IMG/VR virus record: IMGVR_UViG_3300011977_000001
Source: a virus
Length of the DNA: 64,000 nt
Reading direction: 5' to 3' (one strand)
A model generated the notes under the pieces. The model did not search any database. It worked only from the letters and a program-made list of their open reading frames with translations, and was not told where the DNA came from. The first letter of the stretch is position 1. Every line of letters begins with the position of its first letter. Positions 25,240 through 33,545 of this stretch are shown here, in pieces. The position numbers and the translations under genes were made by a program.

Positions 25240-25436
25240 TTGTCCTCCTGAGGGGCATTGATCAGTTTGCAGTTAGGATCATACTCAGTACGAATCCACT
25301 TTTTAAGCTCTTTATAGTCCATTACGCCTTTTCCGCCCTTCTCCATGAAGCTGCACATAGCGTGAATGCTGTACCACCAGAGTACAGAAGCAAGCTCGTC
25401 ATCCGCCATTTCTCTAAACTTTTCTCCGTAAGTCAT
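25236..25436 (-). CDS. hypothetical protein
   Basis: 66-aa ORF, AAGGAGGGAAA RBS. Confidence 0.55.
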   Translation of the reverse strand: MTYGEKFREMADDELASVLWWYSIHAMCSFMEKGGKGVMDYKELKKWIRTEYDPNCKLINAPQEDK

Positions 25437-25445
25437 TTTCCCTCC

Positions 25446-25961
25446 TTAGTAGCAGTAATAATGTCCCCAGTCAGTCAGAAGATATGTTCCTTCCCCTTGG
25501 GGAAACTGTGCTTGAAAGACAACATCGTCAGGAAGAACTGTATATCCATACGTATTATACGTATTTAGGACATATTCTGCTTCCTCCCAGTTTGCTTGGG
25601 TCGGTGTTTTGTACCAGTTCTGATCTCTTACGCATCCATATTGTCCAGGTTGATACACGACTTCTGCGATCGTGTCAGGGAATCGATCATCCATGACCCG
25701 ATTTAATACCACTGAGGCGACATATTCCATTTCAGTGCGATCACAATACTGTGCTTCGCCGCATACTACATGAGCCAGCAGCCAAAGGTCCGATTCCGGT
25801 TCAACCATGGAATAGTCTTTTGTCTCTCCTGCCTCGGCCTCTGTCTGCTGTGCTTCAGACTCTGTGACGATTGCGGGCATCTGCGGGGGAACTGCCGCTA
25901 CAGTCTGGCTTCCAATTCCGACCAGAACCATGTCCAGAATTATTGGCATCATCTTAACCAT
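25446..25961 (-). CDS. SleB-like cell-wall hydrolase with signal/anchor sequence
   Basis: LLAHVVCGEAQYCDRTEMEYVASVVLNRV..RFPDTIAEVVYQPGQY signature of the Hydrolase_2/SleB family. Confidence 0.7.
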   Translation of the reverse strand: MVKMMPIILDMVLVGIGSQTVAAVPPQMPAIVTESEAQQTEAEAGETKDYSMVEPESDLWLLAHVVCGEAQYCDRTEMEYVASVVLNRVMDDRFPDTIAEVVYQPGQYGCVRDQNWYKTPTQANWEEAEYVLNTYNTYGYTVLPDDVVFQAQFPQGEGTYLLTDWGHYYCY

Positions 25962-26293
25962 TCTCGAACTGTTCTTCCTTTCCTATTCGGTTTCCACTGA
26001 TGTTTTGATCGGCTTATTCCACCATGATAGCGGTGCCTAGTCATCTTTTGATAGAGCTTTATCCAGTGAGCTTTTCGCCCAATCCTGATTATTTTCCAAA
26101 AGGTTTTTTCATTGAACTCCGCATTTTCAATAGTGAATGAAAACGTTTCATCCTTATTGATCATTTGCTTTTCTGAGTAATCATCCTGCATCGATCGCTC
26201 ATCTAATTCAATGTTTTCGATTTCTTCCAACTCCGCCATCGGTTTGCCGTTCACATATAGAACTGCTTTAACCGGCTGCACTCCTCCTGGCAT
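25949..26293 (-). CDS. hypothetical protein
   Basis: Start moved to MPGGVQPV (ATG 26293) 4 nt after AAGGAGG. Confidence 0.55.
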   Translation of the reverse strand: MPGGVQPVKAVLYVNGKPMAELEEIENIELDERSMQDDYSEKQMINKDETFSFTIENAEFNEKTFWKIIRIGRKAHWIKLYQKMTRHRYHGGISRSKHQWKPNRKGRTVREWLR

Positions 26294-26531
26294 TTGTCCT
26301 CCTTGAGCTTTAATCACCTCCCCGGAGCCACGGTCTGGCTCCGATTGATTTGATGTATCGTTGCCAGTTGCAGTTGTTTGGACCGTAAGGCTCTTGTGGC
26401 AGCCACCTTACCATCGGCCCCACCCAGCCGAATCAATAATCATTGTGATGTAATCATTTCGCTTTGTTTGGTGGTAACAACCCCATAAGGAGATGTTTTC
26501 TTCAGAAACGCACTATTGTGCGCTCTATTCG

Positions 26532-26559
26532 ATTATAGCGTATTTATGCGCTTTTGCAA
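26532..26559 (-). promoter_or_regulatory. near-consensus sigma-70 type promoter
   Basis: Minus strand TTGCAA (26559-26554), 16-nt spacer, TATAAT (26537-26532). Confidence 0.6.
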
Positions 26560-26598
26560 GGAAATGGCGCATGTTTGTGCGCCTCTTTCCTATAATTT

Positions 26599-26754
26599 TT
26601 AAGAACCGAAACGGTAGTTGTAATATCCCTCCTCACAGAAGAACGCTCCGTCTCCTGGACCATCATCGTCCGGTTCCTCTAAGAATGATTCATCGGTGCA
26701 AGCATCAGCCTCAATATCCTTCTGGCAGTACCACTCGAAATCCTCTTCCGTCAT
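26599..26754 (-). CDS. small acidic Cys-containing protein (51 aa)
   Basis: Start moved to MTEEDFEWYC (ATG 26754, AAAGGAGAG RBS); upstream part of listed ORF overlaps 26771..27217. Confidence 0.45.
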   Translation of the reverse strand: MTEEDFEWYCQKDIEADACTDESFLEEPDDDGPGDGAFFCEEGYYNYRFGS

Positions 26755-26770
26755 ATCAATCTCTCCTTTC

Positions 26771-27217
26771 TCACAGCCTGGCAAGTGAATTTGCCGTATC
26801 CTGGTATGCCAGGTACTTTCCAAACGCCTCAGCGTAGGTTTTCTGAAGAGCTGGCGATTTCTCACATTCAAGCCTTTTGGCCTTATCGCCGTACCGGTCT
26901 TCCAGCGTTTTGTTCCACCGCTTCAGGTCGTTCAGATTTTCCCGATCTACCATGGAGTAAAACTTTGTTCCGGTGACTTCATAGTCTGTATCGTTGTAGC
27001 GCTGTTCTTCCTGATTCCAGCGGAAAATCTTTCCGTTTCGAATCATCTGATAAGTGAGCATGTGGTCCCTGGTGATCTGATCGATCACTACAAGCTCGAA
27101 TCCGAAGCGGCTCAGGTCCGCTGCAAGTCGTTCTGCGGCAGCCTTGCCAAGATTATCAACCTCGATGTCGTGAATCGGGTGAGACGGTTTTACAAATCCC
27201 CTTACTGAATAGCTCAT
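26771..27217 (-). CDS. hypothetical protein
   Basis: 148-aa ORF, GAGGAGGAAA RBS. Confidence 0.6.
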   Translation of the reverse strand: MSYSVRGFVKPSHPIHDIEVDNLGKAAAERLAADLSRFGFELVVIDQITRDHMLTYQMIRNGKIFRWNQEEQRYNDTDYEVTGTKFYSMVDRENLNDLKRWNKTLEDRYGDKAKRLECEKSPALQKTYAEAFGKYLAYQDTANSLARL

Positions 27218-27230
27218 ACATTTCCTCCTC

Positions 27231-27470
27231 TCAAAATCTTACCCACAACGCTTTTTTGCTCAGGGTTTCAAAGAAGCGGCTGAACATTATCTCTCTCACG
27301 CAGTTTTCCTTATCTGCCTCAATCTTAGCCGCTGCCTCCAGGCTATCCATGAAATCCCGGTTTGCTGCCCAGCTGTTATCGGTATTTCTCATCACCGTGT
27401 AGTAGTAGCTATGCAGGTCGATTGTGTCCCGGCAATCCCCCAAGCGAGTCATCATGTCACGTCTGACCAT
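27231..27470 (-). CDS. hypothetical protein
   Basis: 79-aa ORF; start overlaps upstream stop (TGATG). Confidence 0.55.
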   Translation of the reverse strand: MVRRDMMTRLGDCRDTIDLHSYYYTVMRNTDNSWAANRDFMDSLEAAAKIEADKENCVREIMFSRFFETLSKKALWVRF

Positions 27471-27595
27471 CAGTCATCCTCCTCATCTTCGCCCTCATTC
27501 TCGCCCTCCTCTTCTTCGTCATAGAGATACATGTTGATGTCATCGGCAGGTGTGTAGAACTCGTCAAATTCACCTTCGACAAAGTAACGTCTCAT
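27470..27595 (-). CDS. very acidic mini-protein (41 aa)
   Basis: Not in ORF track; GGAGGTTGAAGAG then ATG 27595: MRRYFVEGEFDEFYTPADDINMYLYDEEEEGENEGEDEEDD. Confidence 0.45.
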   Translation of the reverse strand: MRRYFVEGEFDEFYTPADDINMYLYDEEEEGENEGEDEEDD

Positions 27596-27610
27596 CTCTT
27601 CAACCTCCTA

Positions 27611-27799
27611 TCAATAAATTCCGATGCGTCTCTTCAGGTCTTGGATAGCAACCAGCATCTGATCAATGTCATGCTGCATTTCAGCTTTCGTTCTACTGGC
27701 TGCCAATCCATGATACCCGTGCTTCTCGATCTGATTTACATCATCCTTGATGTAGTCGATGCAATTCATAATGCTCAGCTCCACGATCTTAGTTTCCAT
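27611..27799 (-). CDS. hypothetical protein
   Basis: 62-aa ORF, GAGGAGGGAGA RBS. Confidence 0.55.
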   Translation of the reverse strand: METKIVELSIMNCIDYIKDDVNQIEKHGYHGLAASRTKAEMQHDIDQMLVAIQDLKRRIGIY

Positions 27800-27809
27800 A
27801 TCTCCCTCC

Positions 27810-28148
27810 TCACTGCACCTTAGAAGCCTCGTATTCAGGCTTAATGTAGTTCTTATACAGATGTTTCAGGCCCTTTATTGTCAGGGCTGCGTAATACTGC
27901 TGGCCTCTCTGGCGGGCCTCCCAGGAGCTACGCTCGATCTTGCGCATGTACTTCTGCTCGTACATCCACTCAATATCGTCAATTCCATTGACCCTGAACC
28001 AGCCGTCCGCTTTCGCATCTCCGAAGAAATACTGCCAAGCGATATGAACAAACTCGTATGTTCCGTCCGGGTACTGCGGGTTGATTCTCTCAACCATAAC
28101 CTGGTGGCGTTCATCATACTGTTTCTTGAAAAACTCAAATCCTTTCAT
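27810..28148 (-). CDS. hypothetical protein
   Basis: 112-aa ORF, first gene after promoter-like element 28179-28237. Confidence 0.6.
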   Translation of the reverse strand: MKGFEFFKKQYDERHQVMVERINPQYPDGTYEFVHIAWQYFFGDAKADGWFRVNGIDDIEWMYEQKYMRKIERSSWEARQRGQQYYAALTIKGLKHLYKNYIKPEYEASKVQ

Positions 28149-28178
28149 CTCATATTCTCCTGAAAACCTGATCTCCTG

Positions 28179-28237
28179 TACGCTTATAGATTACACTATT
28201 TACCGTGGTTTTGTCTATCTAAATAATGCACAAAAGT
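28179..28237 (-). promoter_or_regulatory. copy c of a repeated ~60-bp promoter-like element
   Basis: Plus strand TACGCTTATAGATTACAC..CCGTGG..AATAATGCACAAAAG aligns with the elements at 35004 and 37864. Confidence 0.5.
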
Positions 28238-28421
28238 ACGTTACTTATTAACGAAAGATGTTGATAACTGCACAATCAGGCCAAATATGCTCACTATCCA
28301 ATATACTTCGTTTTCAGAATGCGTCTGTATGCTCGTATTCGCCTCATTTATCCTTTCTTCCAACATATAAGGAGACTTTATTGTGATCAGCGCCAGGAGC
28401 CGTGTCTGCCGTCCTCATAGC

Positions 28422-28454
28422 ATAAAAAATCCCCGCTGCGTATTGCAGTGAGGA
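28422..28454 (-). terminator. rho-independent terminator
   Basis: 11-bp imperfect stem ATCCCCGCTGC/GCAGTGAGGAT, followed on the minus strand by TTTTTTA. Confidence 0.65.
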
Positions 28455-28478
28455 TTTTCTAAACAGATTTGAAGTTGA

Positions 28479-29318
28479 TTAGCTCTCAGCAGCTTTAACC
28501 ATCAGCTCACCAAGGAATGCAAGAAAGTGATTCTTCGACTGTTCCAGTGGCTGGTCGTTTCGGTACTGATAGTCATACAGGAAATCGTCAACATTGTCAT
28601 CCGCTTGATTGCCGTAATGAGCTCCGAATCCAGGTCGTGTGATCAGCAGTGTGATTGCTTTGCCATGAACAGCGTCTAAGAACTTTCGAATCTCCTTTGG
28701 CTCTCTGATATGAACAAACAGGATTTCTGCATCACTATCCATGAACTCCCTATATTTGCCTTCCAGGTATTGAGTCGGATAATTGTTATAATGGATTGAC
28801 AGTTCTTTCAGATATGAAAGAAATCTTCGATCATCCGGTTCCTTTTGGCCTTCCCAGCCCAGGAACTTTGCTGCCTGCTTAATAGGATCGATTGAGGAAA
28901 CCACCATCGTTTTGAACAGTTTGCCTGCCGCCTCACACATAGTGTCTTTTCCGACACCGCCCCTTCCGTTAATCACGATCGTCAGTTTCATTTTCTTTCT
29001 TTTCCCTCCTCTATCTCCATCATCCTCTAATTTTCCTTTGTAAACTGCCTTCGGTTGCTTCTGGCCGCATCTGTGACAGTATATTTCGTTTGTTTTGACT
29101 CTCTCACCGCATTTTGCGCACACTCCTGTGTAATGATCTGACATAGGGATTTCTTTCTTCAGTGCATTCTTTCCTCTGCGAGCAGCAGAGCTATCTGGGT
29201 AGCCCATTTTCCCAGCCATGAAGCCTAATCTTTCAATGCTTTCCTCGACAGTAGGTACGACAAACTTGATCTGAACTTCCTCAGGCGGCATAATCGGTTC
29301 TTCAATATTTACGCTCAT
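28479..29318 (-). CDS. zinc-ribbon N-terminal region fused to P-loop (d)NMP-kinase-like domain
   Basis: CAKCGERV..CHRCG zinc ribbon; INGRGGVGKDT Walker A. Internal ATG (MKLTIVING..) could give a separate kinase product. Confidence 0.6.
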   Translation of the reverse strand: MSVNIEEPIMPPEEVQIKFVVPTVEESIERLGFMAGKMGYPDSSAARRGKNALKKEIPMSDHYTGVCAKCGERVKTNEIYCHRCGQKQPKAVYKGKLEDDGDRGGKRKKMKLTIVINGRGGVGKDTMCEAAGKLFKTMVVSSIDPIKQAAKFLGWEGQKEPDDRRFLSYLKELSIHYNNYPTQYLEGKYREFMDSDAEILFVHIREPKEIRKFLDAVHGKAITLLITRPGFGAHYGNQADDNVDDFLYDYQYRNDQPLEQSKNHFLAFLGELMVKAAES

Positions 29319-29320
29319 TC

Positions 29321-29563
29321 CTACTGCCTCCTCTTGCGTGGGAGTGCTGGAACAGGTACCGGTATATACACATATTTCGGTAGTTCCCAGTTCCTAGGTA
29401 TTTTCTCTCCCTGGCAAAGATTTCCTTTCCCCAGCGGGCATTCCATCACGCATTCCTTGATAGAACAATTTGAACAATAGTCACGAATCAGCTTCGCTGC
29501 TTCCAATACTTCCTTCCGGTTTGCCATCCTCTTCCCCGTCTTCGTTCTCTTCTTCATCGTCAA
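29321..29563 (-). CDS. small Cys-rich protein (start uncertain)
   Basis: CSNCSIKECVMECP..C; 5' end overlaps 29481..29915, so MANRKEV (ATG 29527) may be the real start. Confidence 0.5.
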   Translation of the reverse strand: MTMKKRTKTGKRMANRKEVLEAAKLIRDYCSNCSIKECVMECPLGKGNLCQGEKIPRNWELPKYVYIPVPVPALPRKRRQ

Positions 29564-29915
29564 TACGGTCCAGCAGGCTTTCGTCCATCAGCTCGTCTTC
29601 ATCTTCATCAGGGAGTGATTCTTTATATGTGGCGATCTGGATCCCGTAATCCTCTGCTGCCCGGTACTCAATTCGGCATCCTCTTGCATCTTTCCAACCT
29701 GGTGCAAGTACCATCAGGTCTGCTCCTGCCAAAAGCTGAAGAGACCTTCCCAGCTTCCACAATGCATCATTTATGTCTTTCGGAGTGTCGTCCGAGATTA
29801 CCGAATCAATGAACGTGGCTCCCTCACCATCAAATGCCTCTTTGATCTCCTCACGCTGTTGAAGAATCTCCTCTTCTGTCTTGCCTCTCATCGGCTGAGA
29901 TATAAAAACTCGCAT
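29481..29915 (-). CDS. DUF4406 / nucleoside 2-deoxyribosyltransferase-like protein with acidic tail
   Basis: MRVFISQPMRGKTEEEI...LLAGADLMVLAPGWKDARGCRIEYRAAEDYGIQI matches the DUF4406 pattern; C-terminus DEDEDELMDE..DDEEENEDGEEDG. Confidence 0.65.
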   Translation of the reverse strand: MRVFISQPMRGKTEEEILQQREEIKEAFDGEGATFIDSVISDDTPKDINDALWKLGRSLQLLAGADLMVLAPGWKDARGCRIEYRAAEDYGIQIATYKESLPDEDEDELMDESLLDRIDDEEENEDGEEDGKPEGSIGSSEADS

Positions 29916-29923
29916 GATTCCTC

Positions 29924-30145
29924 CTATTCCTCATCCAGCCGGTGAATCACAATCGGTCCGTCTTCACCCATATAGGGTAGTGCCCGAAGCGTGTTGTACT
30001 CTATCCACTCGACTGCATCTGCATATTCCCACTTTTGTGCATTCATAATGCACTCAACCATCAGGTCGTAATCGTACACAGCTCGGTTATCTGTTGTGAT
30101 TGCGACCAGAGCGTCATCATAAGAAACGTCTGTGAGAAGTTTCAC
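29924..30145 (-). CDS. hypothetical protein
   Basis: 73-aa ORF in operon register. Confidence 0.55.
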   Translation of the reverse strand: MKLLTDVSYDDALVAITTDNRAVYDYDLMVECIMNAQKWEYADAVEWIEYNTLRALPYMGEDGPIVIHRLDEE

Positions 30146-30203
30146 ATCCTCATAACCGCTTCTCAGAAGTTTTTCTTACACAGAGTCCATCGGCTCTCTC
30201 CTT

Positions 30204-31118
30204 TCAACCGCTTACGTTAGCGATCGCCTGCTTCTCAAACATCTCCTGCTCAATCAGTGGAAAGATATTGTCCTCCCGGAGCAGCTCATACAGAAAAAGC
30301 CGGCCTTTCTGCGTCCAGTAAGTGTGCACAGTAGTGTGAAGCGAACCATCCCCGCCCTCGTACTGGATAGTCTTCGTGCTGGTGTAGCCCTGGGCTGCGT
30401 ACTTCTGGTAAAGCAGCCACACATCTCCCTGTCGGAACTGTACTTTTCGGTCATGAAGATAGGAGTTCATGCGGACTGCGGACCATCCGTAGTCTTTTGC
30501 GATCACAGTGATTGAAACCAGGTCTTTGCAGTTAAGAACAATATCGTAGTAGGACGCTTTCGGCCTCATCTCGGCGATCTGCTGCGTCTGAACCATCACC
30601 TGGTCCTGAAGCTCGTTATTCCACTTTGAAAGATGCATATTGCGCTCTTCCAGTTTCTTTGTTTTCGAGCGTTCTTCTTTCAAAGCGGTCAATGCCGCAA
30701 TCATCGCATCCGGGTCGTTCAGCATTTCATCTATTGCGAATACACCATGCTTACGGATTGACGGAAGAACATCAGAAGTCACCCAGTGCTTAAAACGTTT
30801 GATCTTATCAATTCTCTGCTGGACCTCTTCGGGGTACGCATTTGACACACCATCACGGTTCGCTCGCTGCGGAGTCATCGCAAAAAGAACAGAATACATA
30901 CCGCTTTCATTGATCACAACTGTATGCTGTTTTCTTCCTTTGGCATCCTCAATATCGATCAGGGAACGATCTTCAGCCTCAACTCTCTTCAAAGTACGAT
31001 TCGGGTTACTATCTCCAAATGCAAGACACACATCTCGGCCTACGAACCATGGGTTTCCGTCTCGATTGATCACTCTTACAGAAGAAAACTCTGATTCACC
31101 ACTAGCGAGTGTTTTCAT
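30204..31118 (-). CDS. phage antirepressor (Bro-N plus KilA-C/ANT domains)
   Basis: Start moved to ATG 31118 (GGGAGGTG RBS); VRVINRDGNPWFVGRDVCLAFG (Bro-N), C-terminal ..ITVIAKDYGWSAVRMNSYL..YTSTKT (KilAC-like). Confidence 0.75.
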   Translation of the reverse strand: MKTLASGESEFSSVRVINRDGNPWFVGRDVCLAFGDSNPNRTLKRVEAEDRSLIDIEDAKGRKQHTVVINESGMYSVLFAMTPQRANRDGVSNAYPEEVQQRIDKIKRFKHWVTSDVLPSIRKHGVFAIDEMLNDPDAMIAALTALKEERSKTKKLEERNMHLSKWNNELQDQVMVQTQQIAEMRPKASYYDIVLNCKDLVSITVIAKDYGWSAVRMNSYLHDRKVQFRQGDVWLLYQKYAAQGYTSTKTIQYEGGDGSLHTTVHTYWTQKGRLFLYELLREDNIFPLIEQEMFEKQAIANVSG

Positions 31119-31161
31119 AAGCACACCTCCCACTGGCTTATTCTGTTAGATTCCGTCTGGC

Positions 31162-31932
31162 TTAGTTCTTTCTTTTTTCCATGATTGCTTCTGCTGCTTC
31201 AATTCTCTGCTTTGCGATCTCGAAATATCCGCCATTCAGTTCTATCCCGGTAAATTCTCTACCGGTCATAGCCGCTGCAACACCTGTGCTACCAGAGCCA
31301 CACGTATTGTCCAGCACCATCATTCCTGGATTTGTGTATGTTCTGATCAACCACTCCAGGAGCTTCACCGGTTTCTGAGTTGGATGAAAGTTTTCTCCGT
31401 TTCGATGCTCTTTGTTGACTCTAAGAATTGACCTCGGATACTTTTCATCCATGATTCTCGCTTTGAACTGTTTGTACTCTCCGTAGCATTGATTCTCTAC
31501 TTTCTTAACGTTTCCCCTGGAATGTACTCTTTCAGTTGGCAGGCATTTCACCATCTGCGGGTTATAGACCGGCAAATGCTCATAGAATACGCAAATATCC
31601 TCGTGTGATCTGAGCGGCATTCGGTTTGCATTAAGGAATCCGCTCGGCCGGCCTTTGTCCCAAATCAGGTTGTATCTCCACCAGTTCTTATTGCTGTACA
31701 TCAGGTCTGCTGTAAACATTCCCTGAGCAAACATCACGATCGCTGCATTTGGCTTGCATACTCGTTTGTACTCTTTCCAAACTTTATCCAGTGGCAACAT
31801 CACATCCCACTCAGAGCTCTTGTTTGACTTATTCAGGGTTCCATAGGGCAGGTCCGCAAGTACCATGTCAACGGACCGGTCAGGAATTTCGCTCATCTTT
31901 TCCAGGCAGTCTCCAAGGATTAGTCTGTGCAT
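31162..31932 (-). CDS. beta-class N6A/N4C DNA methyltransferase
   Basis: VLADLPYG (motif IV variant) early, HPTQKPV, and VLDNTCGSGSTGVAA (motif I) late. Confidence 0.8.
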   Translation of the reverse strand: MHRLILGDCLEKMSEIPDRSVDMVLADLPYGTLNKSNKSSEWDVMLPLDKVWKEYKRVCKPNAAIVMFAQGMFTADLMYSNKNWWRYNLIWDKGRPSGFLNANRMPLRSHEDICVFYEHLPVYNPQMVKCLPTERVHSRGNVKKVENQCYGEYKQFKARIMDEKYPRSILRVNKEHRNGENFHPTQKPVKLLEWLIRTYTNPGMMVLDNTCGSGSTGVAAAMTGREFTGIELNGGYFEIAKQRIEAAEAIMEKRKN

Positions 31933-32429
31933 ATCTCATCTCCTCCTGAAACGAATCCGTGGATTGCTATGTCCTCTATCGTCAGGCTATTCTCACCATC
32001 AACGATCACGTTGTAATATTTGCCTTTCGGCTCTACTTTTTCCACCTCTACGACCGGTTTCCAGGTGTAATAGAAGTACGGTTCTGCAGGTGTGAGCACA
32101 GCAACAAAGTCGAATGGTGTGAGCTCTCTCAGTCTCTTCCAATGTGGCCTGCTTCGATCAGAACCATTGATCTTTGTGCTCACGAATACAGACAAATCCG
32201 GTGTTGCAACGACTGTTTCCAGGCTTCCAAATGCGGTCAGGCGAACCGCCTGTTTTGGGCAGAAAATACGAACTTCCTGAACTCTCTTCCATAAACCGGT
32301 ATGAGTCAGGACCACATCTCCCTGATGCAGATAACGTATCTCCCGGTATCCAGCCTCGGTTCTGACCATGCTCTGTGCCGAACAGTAAGATCCTTCCGGT
32401 GCAGTTTTTCTATCTGGTCGATCTCTCAT
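31920..32429 (-). CDS. stand-alone degenerate Hint (intein-like) domain protein
   Basis: C16-SAQSMVRTEAGYREIRYLHQGDVVLTHTG (intein block A-like) and YYNVIVDGENSLTIEDIAIHG (block F/G-like), but TPDL replaces TxxH and HG replaces HN. Confidence 0.5.
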   Translation of the reverse strand: MRDRPDRKTAPEGSYCSAQSMVRTEAGYREIRYLHQGDVVLTHTGLWKRVQEVRIFCPKQAVRLTAFGSLETVVATPDLSVFVSTKINGSDRSRPHWKRLRELTPFDFVAVLTPAEPYFYYTWKPVVEVEKVEPKGKYYNVIVDGENSLTIEDIAIHGFVSGGDEICTD

Positions 32430-32547
32430 TGATACTCCTGTGCGTTTGCATTTGCCTTATATGACACGTCTGTGCGTTTTATTGATAAAATAATAGGCCG
32501 TTCCCTCAAATCGTCAGGAAGCAGCTTCTACGCATCTCACGAGCTAT

Positions 32548-32970
32548 TTATCTGAACACAACTACCATGGACGGAAACGGGGCGTTATATACGCAGCCTC
32601 CGAATCTCAATCGGCCACGCACGAATCTGATCTCCGCTTTTCCGTAGCAATAGTCGTGGAACCATGACGTATCGGTCCTGGCCGGCAGCAGCATGACTAC
32701 GGTTGTTTTCGGCTTCTTTGATTCATTAAATCCTTTTTCAACCCATTTGGGAATCTGGCGGCCATACGGAGGGTTACAAAAAACACTGTGTCCTCCCCAG
32801 TCCTGGTTTAGTCCATCCTCTTCTTTCGTGAAATAGTTTTTGCACTTGAAATTTTCAGCGCTGGCGCACGGGTCCAGGTCGAATCGAAATTCTGCATTCA
32901 GGCCATCAAAGAATTTCTGAGGTGTGGACCACTCGTCCGTCTTGCTGCTAAACATTACATCCGTATTCAT
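32548..32970 (-). CDS. phage Dam-type N6-adenine DNA methyltransferase
   Basis: TDEWSTPQKFF..FDLDPCA..VFCNPPYG..LLPARTDTSWFH pattern of the small phage N6A methylase family. Confidence 0.8.
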   Translation of the reverse strand: MNTDVMFSSKTDEWSTPQKFFDGLNAEFRFDLDPCASAENFKCKNYFTKEEDGLNQDWGGHSVFCNPPYGRQIPKWVEKGFNESKKPKTTVVMLLPARTDTSWFHDYCYGKAEIRFVRGRLRFGGCVYNAPFPSMVVVFR

Positions 32971-32971
32971 C

Positions 32972-33400
32972 TCAGCGTCCGGATGAACCGAACCCGCCCT
33001 GGCCTCTGGTGGTATCGCTCAGCTCGTCTGTTTCATTCAGGTCCTCTGCGAAATACGGAATGATCACCATCTGCGCCACCCGGTCCCCGGTATGAATCGT
33101 ATATGCCTCATCCAGGTCATTATGCAGCGGGATTTGTACTTCTCCCCTGTATGAAGAATCGATCACGGCCACGCAGTTTGCAAGCCTGATACCATGCTTT
33201 GTAGAAAGGCCGCTCCTCGGGAATACACCGCCGAAGTATCCAGCAGGGATTTCAAACGCATATCCGGACGGAATCATAGCTGTCTTTCCAGGTTCAATCA
33301 CTATGTCACCATCAGTCGCTGCATACAGGTCGTATCCTGCTGCTCCCTCGTCCGCCCTGGTCGGAATGTGTGCATTTTCTCTGACTTTCTTGATGTTCAA
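32972..33400 (-). CDS. dut: dUTP diphosphatase (core; the same frame stays open upstream to 33694)
   Basis: TTG 33400 preceded by AAGGAAAGGAGC RBS gives (M)NIKKVRENAHIPTRADEGAAGYDLYA..RSGL..IDSSYRGE..GDRVAQMV..RGQGGFGSSG, all dUTPase motifs. Confidence 0.8.
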   Translation of the reverse strand: MNIKKVRENAHIPTRADEGAAGYDLYAATDGDIVIEPGKTAMIPSGYAFEIPAGYFGGVFPRSGLSTKHGIRLANCVAVIDSSYRGEVQIPLHNDLDEAYTIHTGDRVAQMVIIPYFAEDLNETDELSDTTRGQGGFGSSGR

Positions 33401-33545
33401 TTTTCTTTGCTCCTTTCCTTTGGATAAATATAGATAGATGATATTTTTGCACGTCAGGATAGCTTGCTCCATGACTGCTATCTCGTAAGAAGTGACTTTT
33501 GAAGACCAATCAATGATCTTCTTCGATCGATGAGACTCATTCAGT

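Noticed and set aside
31920-32429. An active, splicing intein
   Set aside because: No extein context (only 15 residues before Cys1 and 12 after the last block). Block B His and the C-terminal Asn are replaced. Reported instead as a degenerate Hint domain.
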